A DNA stretch of 57,662 bases from Lachnospiraceae bacterium (GTDB taxonomy: Bacteria > Bacillota > Clostridia > Lachnospirales > Lachnospiraceae): contig JAZMZZ010000023.1 in the NCBI GenBank assembly GCA_045586245.1, forward strand, positions 1 to 57,662, read 5' to 3'. The first letter of the stretch is position 1. Each line of letters opens with the position of its first letter. Positions 28,753-38,319 of the stretch are shown one piece after another. Made by a program: the position numbers and the translations under genes. The notes beneath the pieces are model-generated. The model did not search any database. It had not been told where the DNA came from and saw only the letters and a list, made by a program, of their open reading frames with translations.

Positions 28753-30366
28753 CTATGGAAGGTAGGTTTTCGCAATTGCCTCTGCAACTACAAGTCCATC
28801 CATCGCCGCCGAAGTAATTCCTCCGGCATACCCTGCTCCTTCTCCGCATGGATAAAAACCTTTTACTACCGATTGCATATCCTTATCCCTGATGATACGC
28901 ACCGGCGATGAGGTCCTGCTTTCCACTCCCGCAAGAATGACATAATCATCATTAAATCCGGGAATCATCCTGCCAAACTCTGTCATACCTTCCATAAACG
29001 CCGTATTCAGGGACTCTGGAAGCAAATGCCGTAACTCACAAAAAGAATACGCACCTTTTATCTTTGGTTCAAACGGATTCTTTATGTACTCCACATTCCC
29101 TTTTATACCCGTATAATCGCCGTAATACTGTATTGGAACCGTCCCGTTCCCAAGTAAATATGCCTTTTGTTCCAAATCGCGCTGGAAAGCAACCCCTGCG
29201 AGCGGATGGTCAGAAGGATAATCATTTCTTGTAACCGACATAATAATGGCACTGTTTGCCACGCCGCTGTCACGTTTGCTGTAACTCATTCCGTTAACTG
29301 CGAGTCTGCCTTCTTCGCTGGATGCATTTACGACATAACCGCCCGGACACATACAAAACGAATACACACCTCTGTCCACGCTCGTTTTGGCTGCCAATTT
29401 ATAAGATGCAGCCGGTAATCCCTCATCCATATTTTCCATGCCATATTGGTTGCAATCAATAAACTCCTGCGGATGTTGCACACGGAAACCGACTGCAAAA
29501 TCCTTGGCTTCCATCGGAATCTTATGGGAATACAACATCTCAAAGGTATCCCTTGCACTATGTCCGATGGCAAAAACAACATTTTCAGCATCTATTTGCT
29601 CACAATCATTGATGACCAATCCGGTCAACTTGTTATCAGACGCAAGAATATCCGTAACCTGACTTTCATAACGGATATCCGCTCCCCATGCAAGCATCTT
29701 ATTTCGCATATTGGCAACGGTCAGTGATAAAATATCCGTCCCGATATGCGGTTTGCTATCATATAAAATCTGCTGCGGAGCCCCGTTTTCCACAAGAATA
29801 CGAAGCACCTCTTTGTTACGTCCTGTCTTATCCTTAATCAGCGTATTTAATTTACCGTCCGAAAAAGTACCTGCTCCGCCTTCCCCGAACTGGACATTGG
29901 AATTAAGGCAAAGTCTGCCGCCATTCCAGAATTCCGTTACATCTTTGGTACGCTCCTCTACACGTTTTCCACGTTCCAATAAAATTGGTCTGTATCCGTG
30001 CTTAGCCAAAATATAACCACAGAACAAACCGGCAGGTCCCATACCGACAATGACCGGTCTGTGTGCACATTTTTTTGTTCCCGAAACCACAAACTGATAA
30101 GGCTTATGCTCTGCTTTTACAATATCCGCACTACGGTTCTTTTTTAGAATTTTCTCCTCATTAACCGCCGTACAGGTAACACTGTATACATAGAATAATT
30201 CCGGTTTCTTTCTGGCATCCAGGGATTTTTTCTGTATCTCAAATTTATCTATTAACGCCTTGTCTATATTCAATTTCTTTGCCACTGCCTGCAACAGAGT
30301 TTCCTGCTCCATCACATTATCCATGGCTTTCTGCACAGGAATTTTTACCTGATTTATCAAAAGCAT
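28753..30366 (-). CDS. FAD-dependent oxidoreductase of unknown function (COG2509-like)
   Basis: About 537 aa. Dinucleotide fold VIVGMGPAGLFCG, LLERG, and C-terminal CGEGAGYAGGI. I chose the ATG at 30366 so the gene does not overlap the upstream gene; the ORF-track extension is not protein-like. Confidence 0.75.
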   Translation of the reverse strand: MLLINQVKIPVQKAMDNVMEQETLLQAVAKKLNIDKALIDKFEIQKKSLDARKKPELFYVYSVTCTAVNEEKILKKNRSADIVKAEHKPYQFVVSGTKKCAHRPVIVGMGPAGLFCGYILAKHGYRPILLERGKRVEERTKDVTEFWNGGRLCLNSNVQFGEGGAGTFSDGKLNTLIKDKTGRNKEVLRILVENGAPQQILYDSKPHIGTDILSLTVANMRNKMLAWGADIRYESQVTDILASDNKLTGLVINDCEQIDAENVVFAIGHSARDTFEMLYSHKIPMEAKDFAVGFRVQHPQEFIDCNQYGMENMDEGLPAASYKLAAKTSVDRGVYSFCMCPGGYVVNASSEEGRLAVNGMSYSKRDSGVANSAIIMSVTRNDYPSDHPLAGVAFQRDLEQKAYLLGNGTVPIQYYGDYTGIKGNVEYIKNPFEPKIKGAYSFCELRHLLPESLNTAFMEGMTEFGRMIPGFNDDYVILAGVESRTSSPVRIIRDKDMQSVVKGFYPCGEGAGYAGGITSAAMDGLVVAEAIAKTYLP

Positions 30367-30386
30367 ATTAATAATCCTATCTTTAT

Positions 30387-31601
30387 TTATTCTGCCGCAG
30401 AATCCCCTGCAATATAGCCCGAAGTCCATGCCCATTGCAAATTATACCCGCCGCATTTTCCGTCAACATCTACCATCTCACCGCAAACATACAGTCCCGG
30501 TTGATATATGGATTCCAGATTCTCATTTAGTTGCGTAAAATCAACGCCGCCACTACATACCTGCGCCTGTTCATATCCGTTTACGCTTTTTGCCGTAACG
30601 GTATAATGCTTCATCGCCATGCACATTTCAAACACTGCATTCTCTATAGCATCCGTAAGTACATCGTCCGGTTTCAAACCGTATTGGGCAAGTAACATCA
30701 GACCGATTTTTTTATGTAACATACCAGTCAAAAATTCTTCAAGCAAAAATCCCCGGTATGCGTCCATTCTTTTTTCTACAAATTCCTTCCACTCATCTGC
30801 GGAAATATCAGGAACAAAATCCACATCCACACATACATTTTCGTTATTCTTCAAGGCCCTGGCAATCATGCGGCTTATCTGGAATACCACAATTCCGGAA
30901 ATACCATAATCGGTAAGCTGTAATTCGCCCTGCTCATGTGCAATTGCTATCTCATTAATGCGCAATGTGATACCGGTTTTGCATCTGACTCCGGCAACCA
31001 TGGGGAAGAAATCTTCTTCACATCTTACCTGTACGAGTGCAGGCAATAACGGTACGATTCTATGTCCGAATAATTTTGCGTAATCATAACCCTCCGTTGA
31101 TGCATTCTTTATTCCCGCTTTACTTCCGCAAGCCAGAATAACCGCATCAAACTCTTTTCTTCCCACCGATGATTGTACTGCAAACATTCCGTTCCGTTTT
31201 ACGGAAAGTAAAATATCCGTAACATTTGTCACAACAGTAACACCATATTTTTTCAGGCTCATCTTCAGCACGTCCAAAACAACGGATGCCTGTTCACAAT
31301 ACGGATACAAATATCCGTCCCTGCTTCGTATCATCAGTCCGCAATCATTAAAAAACGCAACGGTATCCTTTGTTGAAAAGCGCGCAAAACAAGCCGCCAG
31401 CTTATCCGCATCTTCACAATAATAATTAGACAAATCCATGTCTTGATTGGAAAGATTGCACTTGCCGTTTCCTGTTGCGAGAATCTTCTTACCAATCCGG
31501 TCTGTTTTCTCATATATGGTGACCTGTGCACCTTTTTTTGCTGCCTGTATTGCCGCCATCATTCCGGATGCGCCGGCTCCGATTACCAAAATCCGCTTCA
31601 C
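30387..31601 (-). CDS. HI0933/BaiN-family flavoprotein
   Basis: 404 aa. VIGAGASGMMAA Rossmann motif, the TGNGKCN motif characteristic of the HI0933/BaiN family, and C-terminal GYNLQWAWTSG. GTG start with an AGGAAGGA SD. Confidence 0.8.
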   Translation of the reverse strand: MKRILVIGAGASGMMAAIQAAKKGAQVTIYEKTDRIGKKILATGNGKCNLSNQDMDLSNYYCEDADKLAACFARFSTKDTVAFFNDCGLMIRSRDGYLYPYCEQASVVLDVLKMSLKKYGVTVVTNVTDILLSVKRNGMFAVQSSVGRKEFDAVILACGSKAGIKNASTEGYDYAKLFGHRIVPLLPALVQVRCEEDFFPMVAGVRCKTGITLRINEIAIAHEQGELQLTDYGISGIVVFQISRMIARALKNNENVCVDVDFVPDISADEWKEFVEKRMDAYRGFLLEEFLTGMLHKKIGLMLLAQYGLKPDDVLTDAIENAVFEMCMAMKHYTVTAKSVNGYEQAQVCSGGVDFTQLNENLESIYQPGLYVCGEMVDVDGKCGGYNLQWAWTSGYIAGDSAAE

Positions 31602-31619
31602 TTTTTATCCTTCCTGTTC

Positions 31620-32234
31620 TTAACTGCTGTATGATTCCAAAAAATCATACACTTCACGTATATCATTAAAACATTTTGTATTAATAACATCCTGTTGGAC
31701 ATTTTCAGGCAGCATCTCCAGTGTCAAATCCGTCGGCATATATACCTCTTCCTGGTCGGAACGGTACACTGCCAATTCATGATTCACTGCCTTAATATAA
31801 TAAATAATTTTCTCTTCTTCTTCCCGATAGGTCTTTTTTACCGTAATTTTGTCCGGATGAAACGATAACAACTCTATTTCTTCAAATCCATTCTGCTTGT
31901 CGGCAAAACTCGGGCTCAATTCATAGCGTTCAATCTCTTTTTTCAATTCTTCCATGGTCAGACCCGTGAATGAAAATGGAATCGCCTCTATGGAATGGAT
32001 ATAGGAATTACCGATATAACTTTCCACCTCATAAACCGTATCGCAGGTTGTCACATTCTGCTTGGTGGATACAGACAAATCCGGTTGGGAATTTTTCGAT
32101 GAAAAGTTTTGTATATCTTCTTTTCCATGCGCTTCTTTTTGGGAATCAAAATCCGCTTCCAACACAAGGAAAAAGCCTGCTATAACCAATATAACAATAA
32201 AACAAAACAAACTGATACTCTTCAAAAACTTCAT
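31620..32234 (-). CDS. membrane-anchored BofC-like protein (putative)
   Basis: 204 aa with one N-terminal TM segment. The C-terminal stretch YYIKAVNHELAVYRSDQEEVY...LPENVQQDVINTKCFNDIREVYDFLESYSS resembles the BofC C-terminal domain pattern. AAGGAG SD. Confidence 0.45.
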   Translation of the reverse strand: MKFLKSISLFCFIVILVIAGFFLVLEADFDSQKEAHGKEDIQNFSSKNSQPDLSVSTKQNVTTCDTVYEVESYIGNSYIHSIEAIPFSFTGLTMEELKKEIERYELSPSFADKQNGFEEIELLSFHPDKITVKKTYREEEEKIIYYIKAVNHELAVYRSDQEEVYMPTDLTLEMLPENVQQDVINTKCFNDIREVYDFLESYSS

Positions 32235-32307
32235 AAGAACTCCTTTTTTTGAATAGTATCAGTAGTTTCTATAAAAATTATTCGAAAGTCATATCCCGGC
32301 AAATCTG

Positions 32308-33906
32308 CTACAAACGTAACCTGCTACGTAAAAAATGCACCGGATAATAATTCAAAGTCCGTTTTAGTGCCGCTTCGTCTTTTTTGCTGATGCCGTGCAG
32401 TGCAATTAAAGTCAGATAATACAAAAGATATCCTAAAAAGACACTTAAAAATAGCACCAATAAATTCATCGTCACAAAACGCTCCAGCATCATAAACAGC
32501 ACCATCATAATAATTCCTGCAACGCCGTATTTACCAAGTTTTAATAAGATATCCAAAAAATCAACCCTTGCCGTTCCGTATACAAAGACAAAGAGCAGAC
32601 AAATCTGGACACTGAAATACAAATAAAAGGAATACAGAATCTGCATACTGTCCCCGGCGTTTTTACTAAAGCCGGCCAGTAAGAAAATAACCTGTGCAAC
32701 AAAAGCAATTCCCTGGATTACCCACACAATTTTTTCTTTGTCAAAGGCACTCACAGCACCTGCAAGTGCACACGCCAATCCTGCCACAAGTAACAAAGCG
32801 CCGCCTGATTTTAAATAGGAGGCAGCAAGAACCGATTGTCCTTTAAATAAAACCTTAGCTATCGGCTGTGCCAAAAATACCAGAATCATTGTCGGCGGAA
32901 TCAACATAAAAAAGGTATTCTTAATCATATACTGGGTCCGCACAATCATAGTCTTAATCTCATCCTTGCGGAAATCAATATGAAGTCTGTGTTTTTCTTT
33001 TGAAATATACTCGCCAAATAAAATCATGACAAGCAATACCGGAAGTAAGATTCTCACAAACAGTACTCCGACATTGGTATACGCCGAATCTACCGGTAAA
33101 TCCGTCTTGATTACAGACTTCAAATAAGCAAGTATACATACTGCAAATGATAAAACAGTAACGATTCTGTTCATCATTATACGAAGATTAACGGTAATAA
33201 ATCCGCCTGCAACAGACCTTCTGGAATCAATTCCGCGAACGGTTTTCTCGATTTTGGTATACTTTCTCGTATACAGGGTAAGTATAATCAAAACAATACA
33301 TACAAGTGCAATTGTACACGCATATACAAGGGCAACTCCCATCGCCACATACGCATCCACAACAACTTCATTCTTCAGCAATCCGGCAATCTTTTTACCA
33401 TAGTCCCTAAACATACGAATCAGGAAAAATGAAAAAATAACCGGCAAAACCATTTTTAAAATATTAACAATAACTACAACGCCATCATTCCCGTTTCCGG
33501 TATGATATCCGCATAAAACATCCACAATTCCGTTTAAAATAAGCACTGCGCACAATATCATGATAACCGGAACCGGATATGTGACCTTAAATACATCTAT
33601 CGCCTTTGCCTGTAAAAAAATGTATGTCAGTCCCGTAATAATCAAACCAAAAATAACCACATAAGCAAGCGCAGGCTTAACAATCCGCTTGGAATTACCG
33701 TTAATTCCCTTGCTGTTGCGTATACTGACCATTTTGGCAATTCCTGTCTGCATACTGCTGAAAAAAGCAGTATATACGACATAATACAAAATCAAAGGCA
33801 CGGCAAAAAAGCCGATTGCCCCATCCAGAATAAAGTTTTCCAACACAATCAGAAATATAATATTCACTATCTTTGTAAGGGAACCCAACGATATCTTCGT
33901 ATTCAT
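32308..33906 (-). CDS. polytopic membrane protein, MOP-superfamily (MurJ/SpoVB-like) flippase candidate
   Basis: 532 aa with about 14 predicted TM segments. Length and topology fit polysaccharide-biosynthesis or SpoVB-type flippases. I saw no diagnostic motif. Confidence 0.5.
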   Translation of the reverse strand: MNTKISLGSLTKIVNIIFLIVLENFILDGAIGFFAVPLILYYVVYTAFFSSMQTGIAKMVSIRNSKGINGNSKRIVKPALAYVVIFGLIITGLTYIFLQAKAIDVFKVTYPVPVIMILCAVLILNGIVDVLCGYHTGNGNDGVVVIVNILKMVLPVIFSFFLIRMFRDYGKKIAGLLKNEVVVDAYVAMGVALVYACTIALVCIVLIILTLYTRKYTKIEKTVRGIDSRRSVAGGFITVNLRIMMNRIVTVLSFAVCILAYLKSVIKTDLPVDSAYTNVGVLFVRILLPVLLVMILFGEYISKEKHRLHIDFRKDEIKTMIVRTQYMIKNTFFMLIPPTMILVFLAQPIAKVLFKGQSVLAASYLKSGGALLLVAGLACALAGAVSAFDKEKIVWVIQGIAFVAQVIFLLAGFSKNAGDSMQILYSFYLYFSVQICLLFVFVYGTARVDFLDILLKLGKYGVAGIIMMVLFMMLERFVTMNLLVLFLSVFLGYLLYYLTLIALHGISKKDEAALKRTLNYYPVHFLRSRLRL

Positions 33907-33918
33907 CTCTTATACCTT

Positions 33919-34425
33919 TCAAACCGTATCTCTTGTAATCTGTAACAGACGCAGAATCTCTTCCTGCTTCTTCTCCATAACTTCTGCTTCCTCAGGGCTC
34001 ATATGATCGTATCCGCACAAATGATACATACTGTGCGCCACCAAAAATGCAAATTCCCTTTTGCAACTATGCCCGTAATCTTTTGCCTGGGAAAAAACTT
34101 TTTCGGCACTGATTATGATATCCCCCAGAATAATTTTACCACTCTCGGGGTTGGTATAATCCACCATTTCATCCTCCGGAATATAAAAACCGGATGGTTC
34201 TTCAAAGAAAAGTCCCGGAAATGATAATACATCCGTAGGCTTGTCAATATCCCGCATGGATGCATTGTATTCACGGATTCCTTCATTATCCGTTATCAGG
34301 AGGTTAACCTCTGTGTCATACGGACAGTTTTCCACTTCCAAAACCTTATCAATTACCGATTTGGCTATTGCTTCTGTATCAAAATCAAAAACAAACTCTG
34401 TTTCGTTTTCCAAATATAACTGCAT
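33919..34425 (-). CDS. ybeY: rRNA maturation endoribonuclease YbeY
   Basis: 168 aa. Zinc motif HSMYHLCGYDH. The ATG shares 1 nt with the phoH stop (TAATG). Confidence 0.93.
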   Translation of the reverse strand: MQLYLENETEFVFDFDTEAIAKSVIDKVLEVENCPYDTEVNLLITDNEGIREYNASMRDIDKPTDVLSFPGLFFEEPSGFYIPEDEMVDYTNPESGKIILGDIIISAEKVFSQAKDYGHSCKREFAFLVAHSMYHLCGYDHMSPEEAEVMEKKQEEILRLLQITRDTV

Positions 34426-35450
34426 TATTTTCTTCCTTTGTTCTTGGGATTCTCACGGCGGCGGGAATTATCCTTATTCTCTCTTGCCTGCTCCTTCGCC
34501 TCGTATACCTCATAAGCCTGTACAATTTTCTGAACCAATGGATGTCTGACAACATCACGGCTTGTAAGATTACAAAATGCAATACCTTCGACATTTTTAA
34601 GGACGCGGCATGCAATATCAAGCCCTGACCTTGTTCCTGGAGGTAAATCCTTCTGTGAATCATCACCCGTAACAACCACCTTGGAACCAAAGCCGATTCT
34701 TGTTAAAAACATCTTCATCTGGGCCGGTGTTGTATTCTGCGCTTCATCCAAAATAATATATGCATTGTCCAGTGTACGTCCGCGCATATAAGCAAGCGGA
34801 GCAACCTCAATCAGGCCTTTTTCCATATTCTTAAGGAAACTATCAGCACCCATAATCTGGTACAGGGCATCGTATAGCGGTCTTAAATACGGATCCACCT
34901 TGCTCTGCAAATCTCCCGGCAAAAAACCAAGCTTCTCACCGGCCTCAATAGCCGGTCTGGTCAGAATAATACGTTCCACCTCATTGTTCTTAAATGCGGT
35001 AATCGCCATTGCCATGGCAAGATAGGTCTTACCCGTTCCGGCAGGTCCCATACCAAATACAATCATATTATCATGAATTGCATCTACATAGGCTTTTTGG
35101 CCAAGTGTCTTAGGCTTTAGAGGCTTACCGCTAACTGTGTGGCAAATAACCTCTTTATCAATCTGAAGCAGGGCATCTTCTTTTTCTTCCATGCCCATCG
35201 CAATCGCGTAATCTACATCCTGTTCCAAAATCACATTTCCTCTTTCCGATAACGTTTTGAGTGTACTTAATATTTCCTTCACCGGCATCACATTCGCACG
35301 GCTGCCCCGTATCATAACACTGTCATCCCGGTTAACAATATCAACCGAATAGGCGCGTTCAATTTTCTTAATATACTTATCGCATTGTCCGAATATATTC
35401 AGGCAATGCTCCATGGGTATTTCCATGCGCTCTGTAATCAATTCACTCAT
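34425..35450 (-). CDS. phoH: PhoH-family ATPase
   Basis: 341 aa. Walker A GPAGTGKT and Walker B YIILDEAQN. yqfD-phoH-ybeY synteny matches B. subtilis. Confidence 0.93.
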   Translation of the reverse strand: MSELITERMEIPMEHCLNIFGQCDKYIKKIERAYSVDIVNRDDSVMIRGSRANVMPVKEILSTLKTLSERGNVILEQDVDYAIAMGMEEKEDALLQIDKEVICHTVSGKPLKPKTLGQKAYVDAIHDNMIVFGMGPAGTGKTYLAMAMAITAFKNNEVERIILTRPAIEAGEKLGFLPGDLQSKVDPYLRPLYDALYQIMGADSFLKNMEKGLIEVAPLAYMRGRTLDNAYIILDEAQNTTPAQMKMFLTRIGFGSKVVVTGDDSQKDLPPGTRSGLDIACRVLKNVEGIAFCNLTSRDVVRHPLVQKIVQAYEVYEAKEQARENKDNSRRRENPKNKGRK

Positions 35451-35475
35451 TAATTGTCCTGATTCCTAACTATAC

Positions 35476-36657
35476 TTACATTCCCTTCTGCTCTATATCA
35501 ATCAGCAGATATCCTGTCAATTTTAAATATTGACTCCCAGTTTCTATTTTAACATTATTTTCTATAATTTGTACCCCTTTTTCATCTAATTCTTGCATTG
35601 TTTGTTCAAGAAATTTTTTAAGTAGAATTACACCCTCTTCATCCCCGTATAAATCCTCAATTTCTACATATTCGCAGTATCTTCTTACTCCCCAGAAAAC
35701 CGGTATGGAAAATTCTTCAAAAACAGGATTGGTATACTCTTTCATAACAACATCGTATAATTCAAATTGTTTATTAAATACCGACAAGCCAAAATAATGC
35801 CTGCCGATTCGAAAATACGGCACATTATATTCATTCCCGGTGTAATTTTTATGTTTATAATAACGGCTTATTTGTCTATGGATGGGATATTGCGTCCGGA
35901 TGGTTACGTCTGCATCCGCATTCACATAATCATACGAAATAATATTCCCATCGTTATCATATATCGGTATTTCACCAACAACCAAAACATCGCCTGCCAA
36001 AACTTCATCCCCCACCTTTACCTGCGGAACTCCTTTTCTGGTAATCATGGCAATAATCGTACCGCCCGTTCCTGCATATAAATCTTCCCGTATACCTTCC
36101 TCTTTTTCATTTGCACCGATTGACAAATAATTTTCTTTTACATTCACTACCAGTTTCGTTCCCGTAATTCTAACGGAAACCCAGCTGATACCGTCAAAAT
36201 ATTCTCTTATTTTTTCTTCCAGTTTTTGGATGTCAATATCTTTCTTACCGGTTCCATAGTCTATTCCATATGAGTTAATAAAACGCAACAGAATATCATC
36301 GCTTATCGTTTCATTTCCCTCAAACGAAAATGACCATACAAAAAAGGTCATCCCGTATAAAAAAAATAATGAAAACAGAATCCCGGCAAAAAATATTTTC
36401 CGTTTTTTGTTTTTACGCATAAAAAAAGGCAGTCCAGATTCCTCCAAAATCACTGCCGTTACCCTTGTCTTTTCTAAAAAAGCATCTATTCTTTTGTAAT
36501 CAGAGTGGCGGATTTTACATTCAAAATACCCCTGCACGGGCATAATATCCCATAGAATAATGCCGTTTATTCTGCAAAGATTAAAAAAACGCTCCGGAGA
36601 ATACCCTTCTATTTTTATTTTGTAAAACCCTCTTAAAAATCGCAAAAAGGATAACAT
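35476..36657 (-). CDS. yqfD: sporulation protein YqfD
   Basis: 393 aa. N-terminus FLRGFYKIKIEGYSPERFFNLCRINGIILWDI is typical of YqfD. One central TM segment. GGAGGT SD. Confidence 0.8.
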   Translation of the reverse strand: MLSFLRFLRGFYKIKIEGYSPERFFNLCRINGIILWDIMPVQGYFECKIRHSDYKRIDAFLEKTRVTAVILEESGLPFFMRKNKKRKIFFAGILFSLFFLYGMTFFVWSFSFEGNETISDDILLRFINSYGIDYGTGKKDIDIQKLEEKIREYFDGISWVSVRITGTKLVVNVKENYLSIGANEKEEGIREDLYAGTGGTIIAMITRKGVPQVKVGDEVLAGDVLVVGEIPIYDNDGNIISYDYVNADADVTIRTQYPIHRQISRYYKHKNYTGNEYNVPYFRIGRHYFGLSVFNKQFELYDVVMKEYTNPVFEEFSIPVFWGVRRYCEYVEIEDLYGDEEGVILLKKFLEQTMQELDEKGVQIIENNVKIETGSQYLKLTGYLLIDIEQKGM

Positions 36658-36665
36658 GAAACCTC

Positions 36666-36932
36666 CTATGACGGATAATCAACCGAAAAAATATGTCCTT
36701 TGATAAGCATATCTTCTTCCGTGTAATGCTCTATCGTAAGCCCCCGGCCTTTAATGATAATATAGGTGTTCTTACCCTGTACACGGATACAATCCGCAGT
36801 ATACTCCAATATCCCCTTATAATTCTCAATATAAAGCTCTTTGTTTCCGATTGCAGTCAGAATAAAAGCGCCCTGGGTAATATCTTTGGGAAAATGCAGT
36901 TTTTCCAATAAATCAGACTCTTTTCGTTTCAT
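36666..36932 (-). CDS. yqfC: YabP/YqfC-family sporulation protein
   Basis: 88 aa. The pattern LYIENYKGILEYTADCIRV...IKGRGLTIEH matches the YabP/YqfC family. Sits directly upstream of yqfD. Confidence 0.75.
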   Translation of the reverse strand: MKRKESDLLEKLHFPKDITQGAFILTAIGNKELYIENYKGILEYTADCIRVQGKNTYIIIKGRGLTIEHYTEEDMLIKGHIFSVDYPS

Positions 36933-36954
36933 ATCACATTTTATGTTGCAAGAA

Positions 36955-36989
36955 ACAAAAAAAGAACCTTATCACTTGTGATAAGGCTC
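36955..36989 (-). terminator. rho-independent terminator after rlmH; the stem includes the rlmH stop codon
   Basis: On the minus strand: GAGCCUUAUCAC-aa-GUGAUAAGGUUC, a 12-bp stem with one G-U pair, followed by UUUUUUUG. The rlmH TGA lies inside the 3' arm. Confidence 0.75.
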
Positions 36990-37451
36990 TTTTGCAATAA
37001 TCTTATATCCTCTGTAAATCTGTTCCAACAAAATAACACGCATCAACTGATGCGGAAAGGTCATATCCGAAAAGCTAACCCTTCCCTGGGCGGATTTCTT
37101 GATATCTTCGGCAATTCCCAAAGAACCGCCAATAATAAAAGTAATATTACTGATACCATGTATTCCTGCCTGATTTATCATGTCCGCAAATTCAACAGAA
37201 TCATACTTCTTACCTTCGATGGCAAGCACGATAACATAAGAATCCTTCGGTATCAGACTCTTAATTCTCTCCCCTTCTTTTGAAAGAATCTGCGCATTCA
37301 CAACATCGGAAGCATGATCGGGTGTTTTCTCATCCGCCACTTCCTTAATCTCCAGTTTACAGTACTTGGAAAGGCGCTTGGAATATTCCTCTATGGCATC
37401 CCTATAAAACTTTTCTTTAATTTTACCGACTGCAATAATTGTAATCTTCAT
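36972..37451 (-). CDS. rlmH: 23S rRNA (pseudouridine1915-N3)-methyltransferase
   Basis: 159 aa SPOUT fold. MKITIIAVGKIKEKF N-terminus and the IGGSLG and LEQIYRGYKI motifs. Confidence 0.93.
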   Translation of the reverse strand: MKITIIAVGKIKEKFYRDAIEEYSKRLSKYCKLEIKEVADEKTPDHASDVVNAQILSKEGERIKSLIPKDSYVIVLAIEGKKYDSVEFADMINQAGIHGISNITFIIGGSLGIAEDIKKSAQGRVSFSDMTFPHQLMRVILLEQIYRGYKIIAKEPYHK

Positions 37452-37453
37452 AT

Positions 37454-38308
37454 TTATTCAAAAATATCCGGATAAACTTCTTCCAAAATATACTCTGCAA
37501 AGGAAACGTCAATTCCCGGAGAATAAGCATTAACCATAGCTTTTAATTTTTCCATACGGCGGAAATATAAAATCTCCATTCCCGGGTCATCTGCGATTAA
37601 ATCCGCATCGAATTCATCCGGAATAACATTTTCTTTCAGATAGTTCGTAATATCATCCTTGGCATTGTGATCCGAAGATGCTTTTTCTTTTAAATTCGCA
37701 TAGGATTTACGGGATGCAATTCCCATAAATACAAATACCACAAATAAAAAGCCCATTACCCCCGTAATCATCCACTTGGTAAATGGTGGAAGCAAAAGCG
37801 GAATCACACCAAGATGAAGCAATACAAGAGCAACAATACCGATAACTCCGACAATGAGTAACGAATCCGCGCCGGATTTATACTCTTCAGCAATCTTAGC
37901 GGTATCCTCATACGGTTTACGCTCCATCTCCTTGATATAGGCTTCTTTTGCCTGCTTCATTGCAGCTATCTCTTCTTCCGTATAAGTCTTCTGTATTTCT
38001 TCCTGCTTCTTTGCTTCCTTAGGTGCCGCAATCTTTTGCAAATATACATTGACCATCTTACGGGCCTGCACAAGAGCATCCGGTTCTACTAACAGTTCAT
38101 AGGTTGCTTCTTTTTTGTCAAAAGAAATCTCCGTATTCTTAAGACCGTTTGCGCGCATAAATTCACTAATAAGATACAATTCATTTTCATCTCCGAAATA
38201 AACTGCTTTCTTACCTTCTTCCAGTGTTTCCACCAGTGTTGCACCGCAATCAGCACATACGGTATATCCGGGCTTATATTCATTTTTACAATTTGGACAC
38301 CAAGGCAT
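37454..38308 (-). CDS. zinc-ribbon membrane protein of unknown function
   Basis: 284 aa. N-terminal CPNC...CADC zinc ribbon, a small DUF2007-like alpha/beta module, a Lys/Glu-rich linker, two TM segments and a C-terminal acidic domain. AAGGAG SD. Lies 11 nt after nfnB and 2 nt before rlmH. Confidence 0.6.
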   Translation of the reverse strand: MPWCPNCKNEYKPGYTVCADCGATLVETLEEGKKAVYFGDENELYLISEFMRANGLKNTEISFDKKEATYELLVEPDALVQARKMVNVYLQKIAAPKEAKKQEEIQKTYTEEEIAAMKQAKEAYIKEMERKPYEDTAKIAEEYKSGADSLLIVGVIGIVALVLLHLGVIPLLLPPFTKWMITGVMGFLFVVFVFMGIASRKSYANLKEKASSDHNAKDDITNYLKENVIPDEFDADLIADDPGMEILYFRRMEKLKAMVNAYSPGIDVSFAEYILEEVYPDIFE

Positions 38309-38319
38309 AATCGTTCTCC

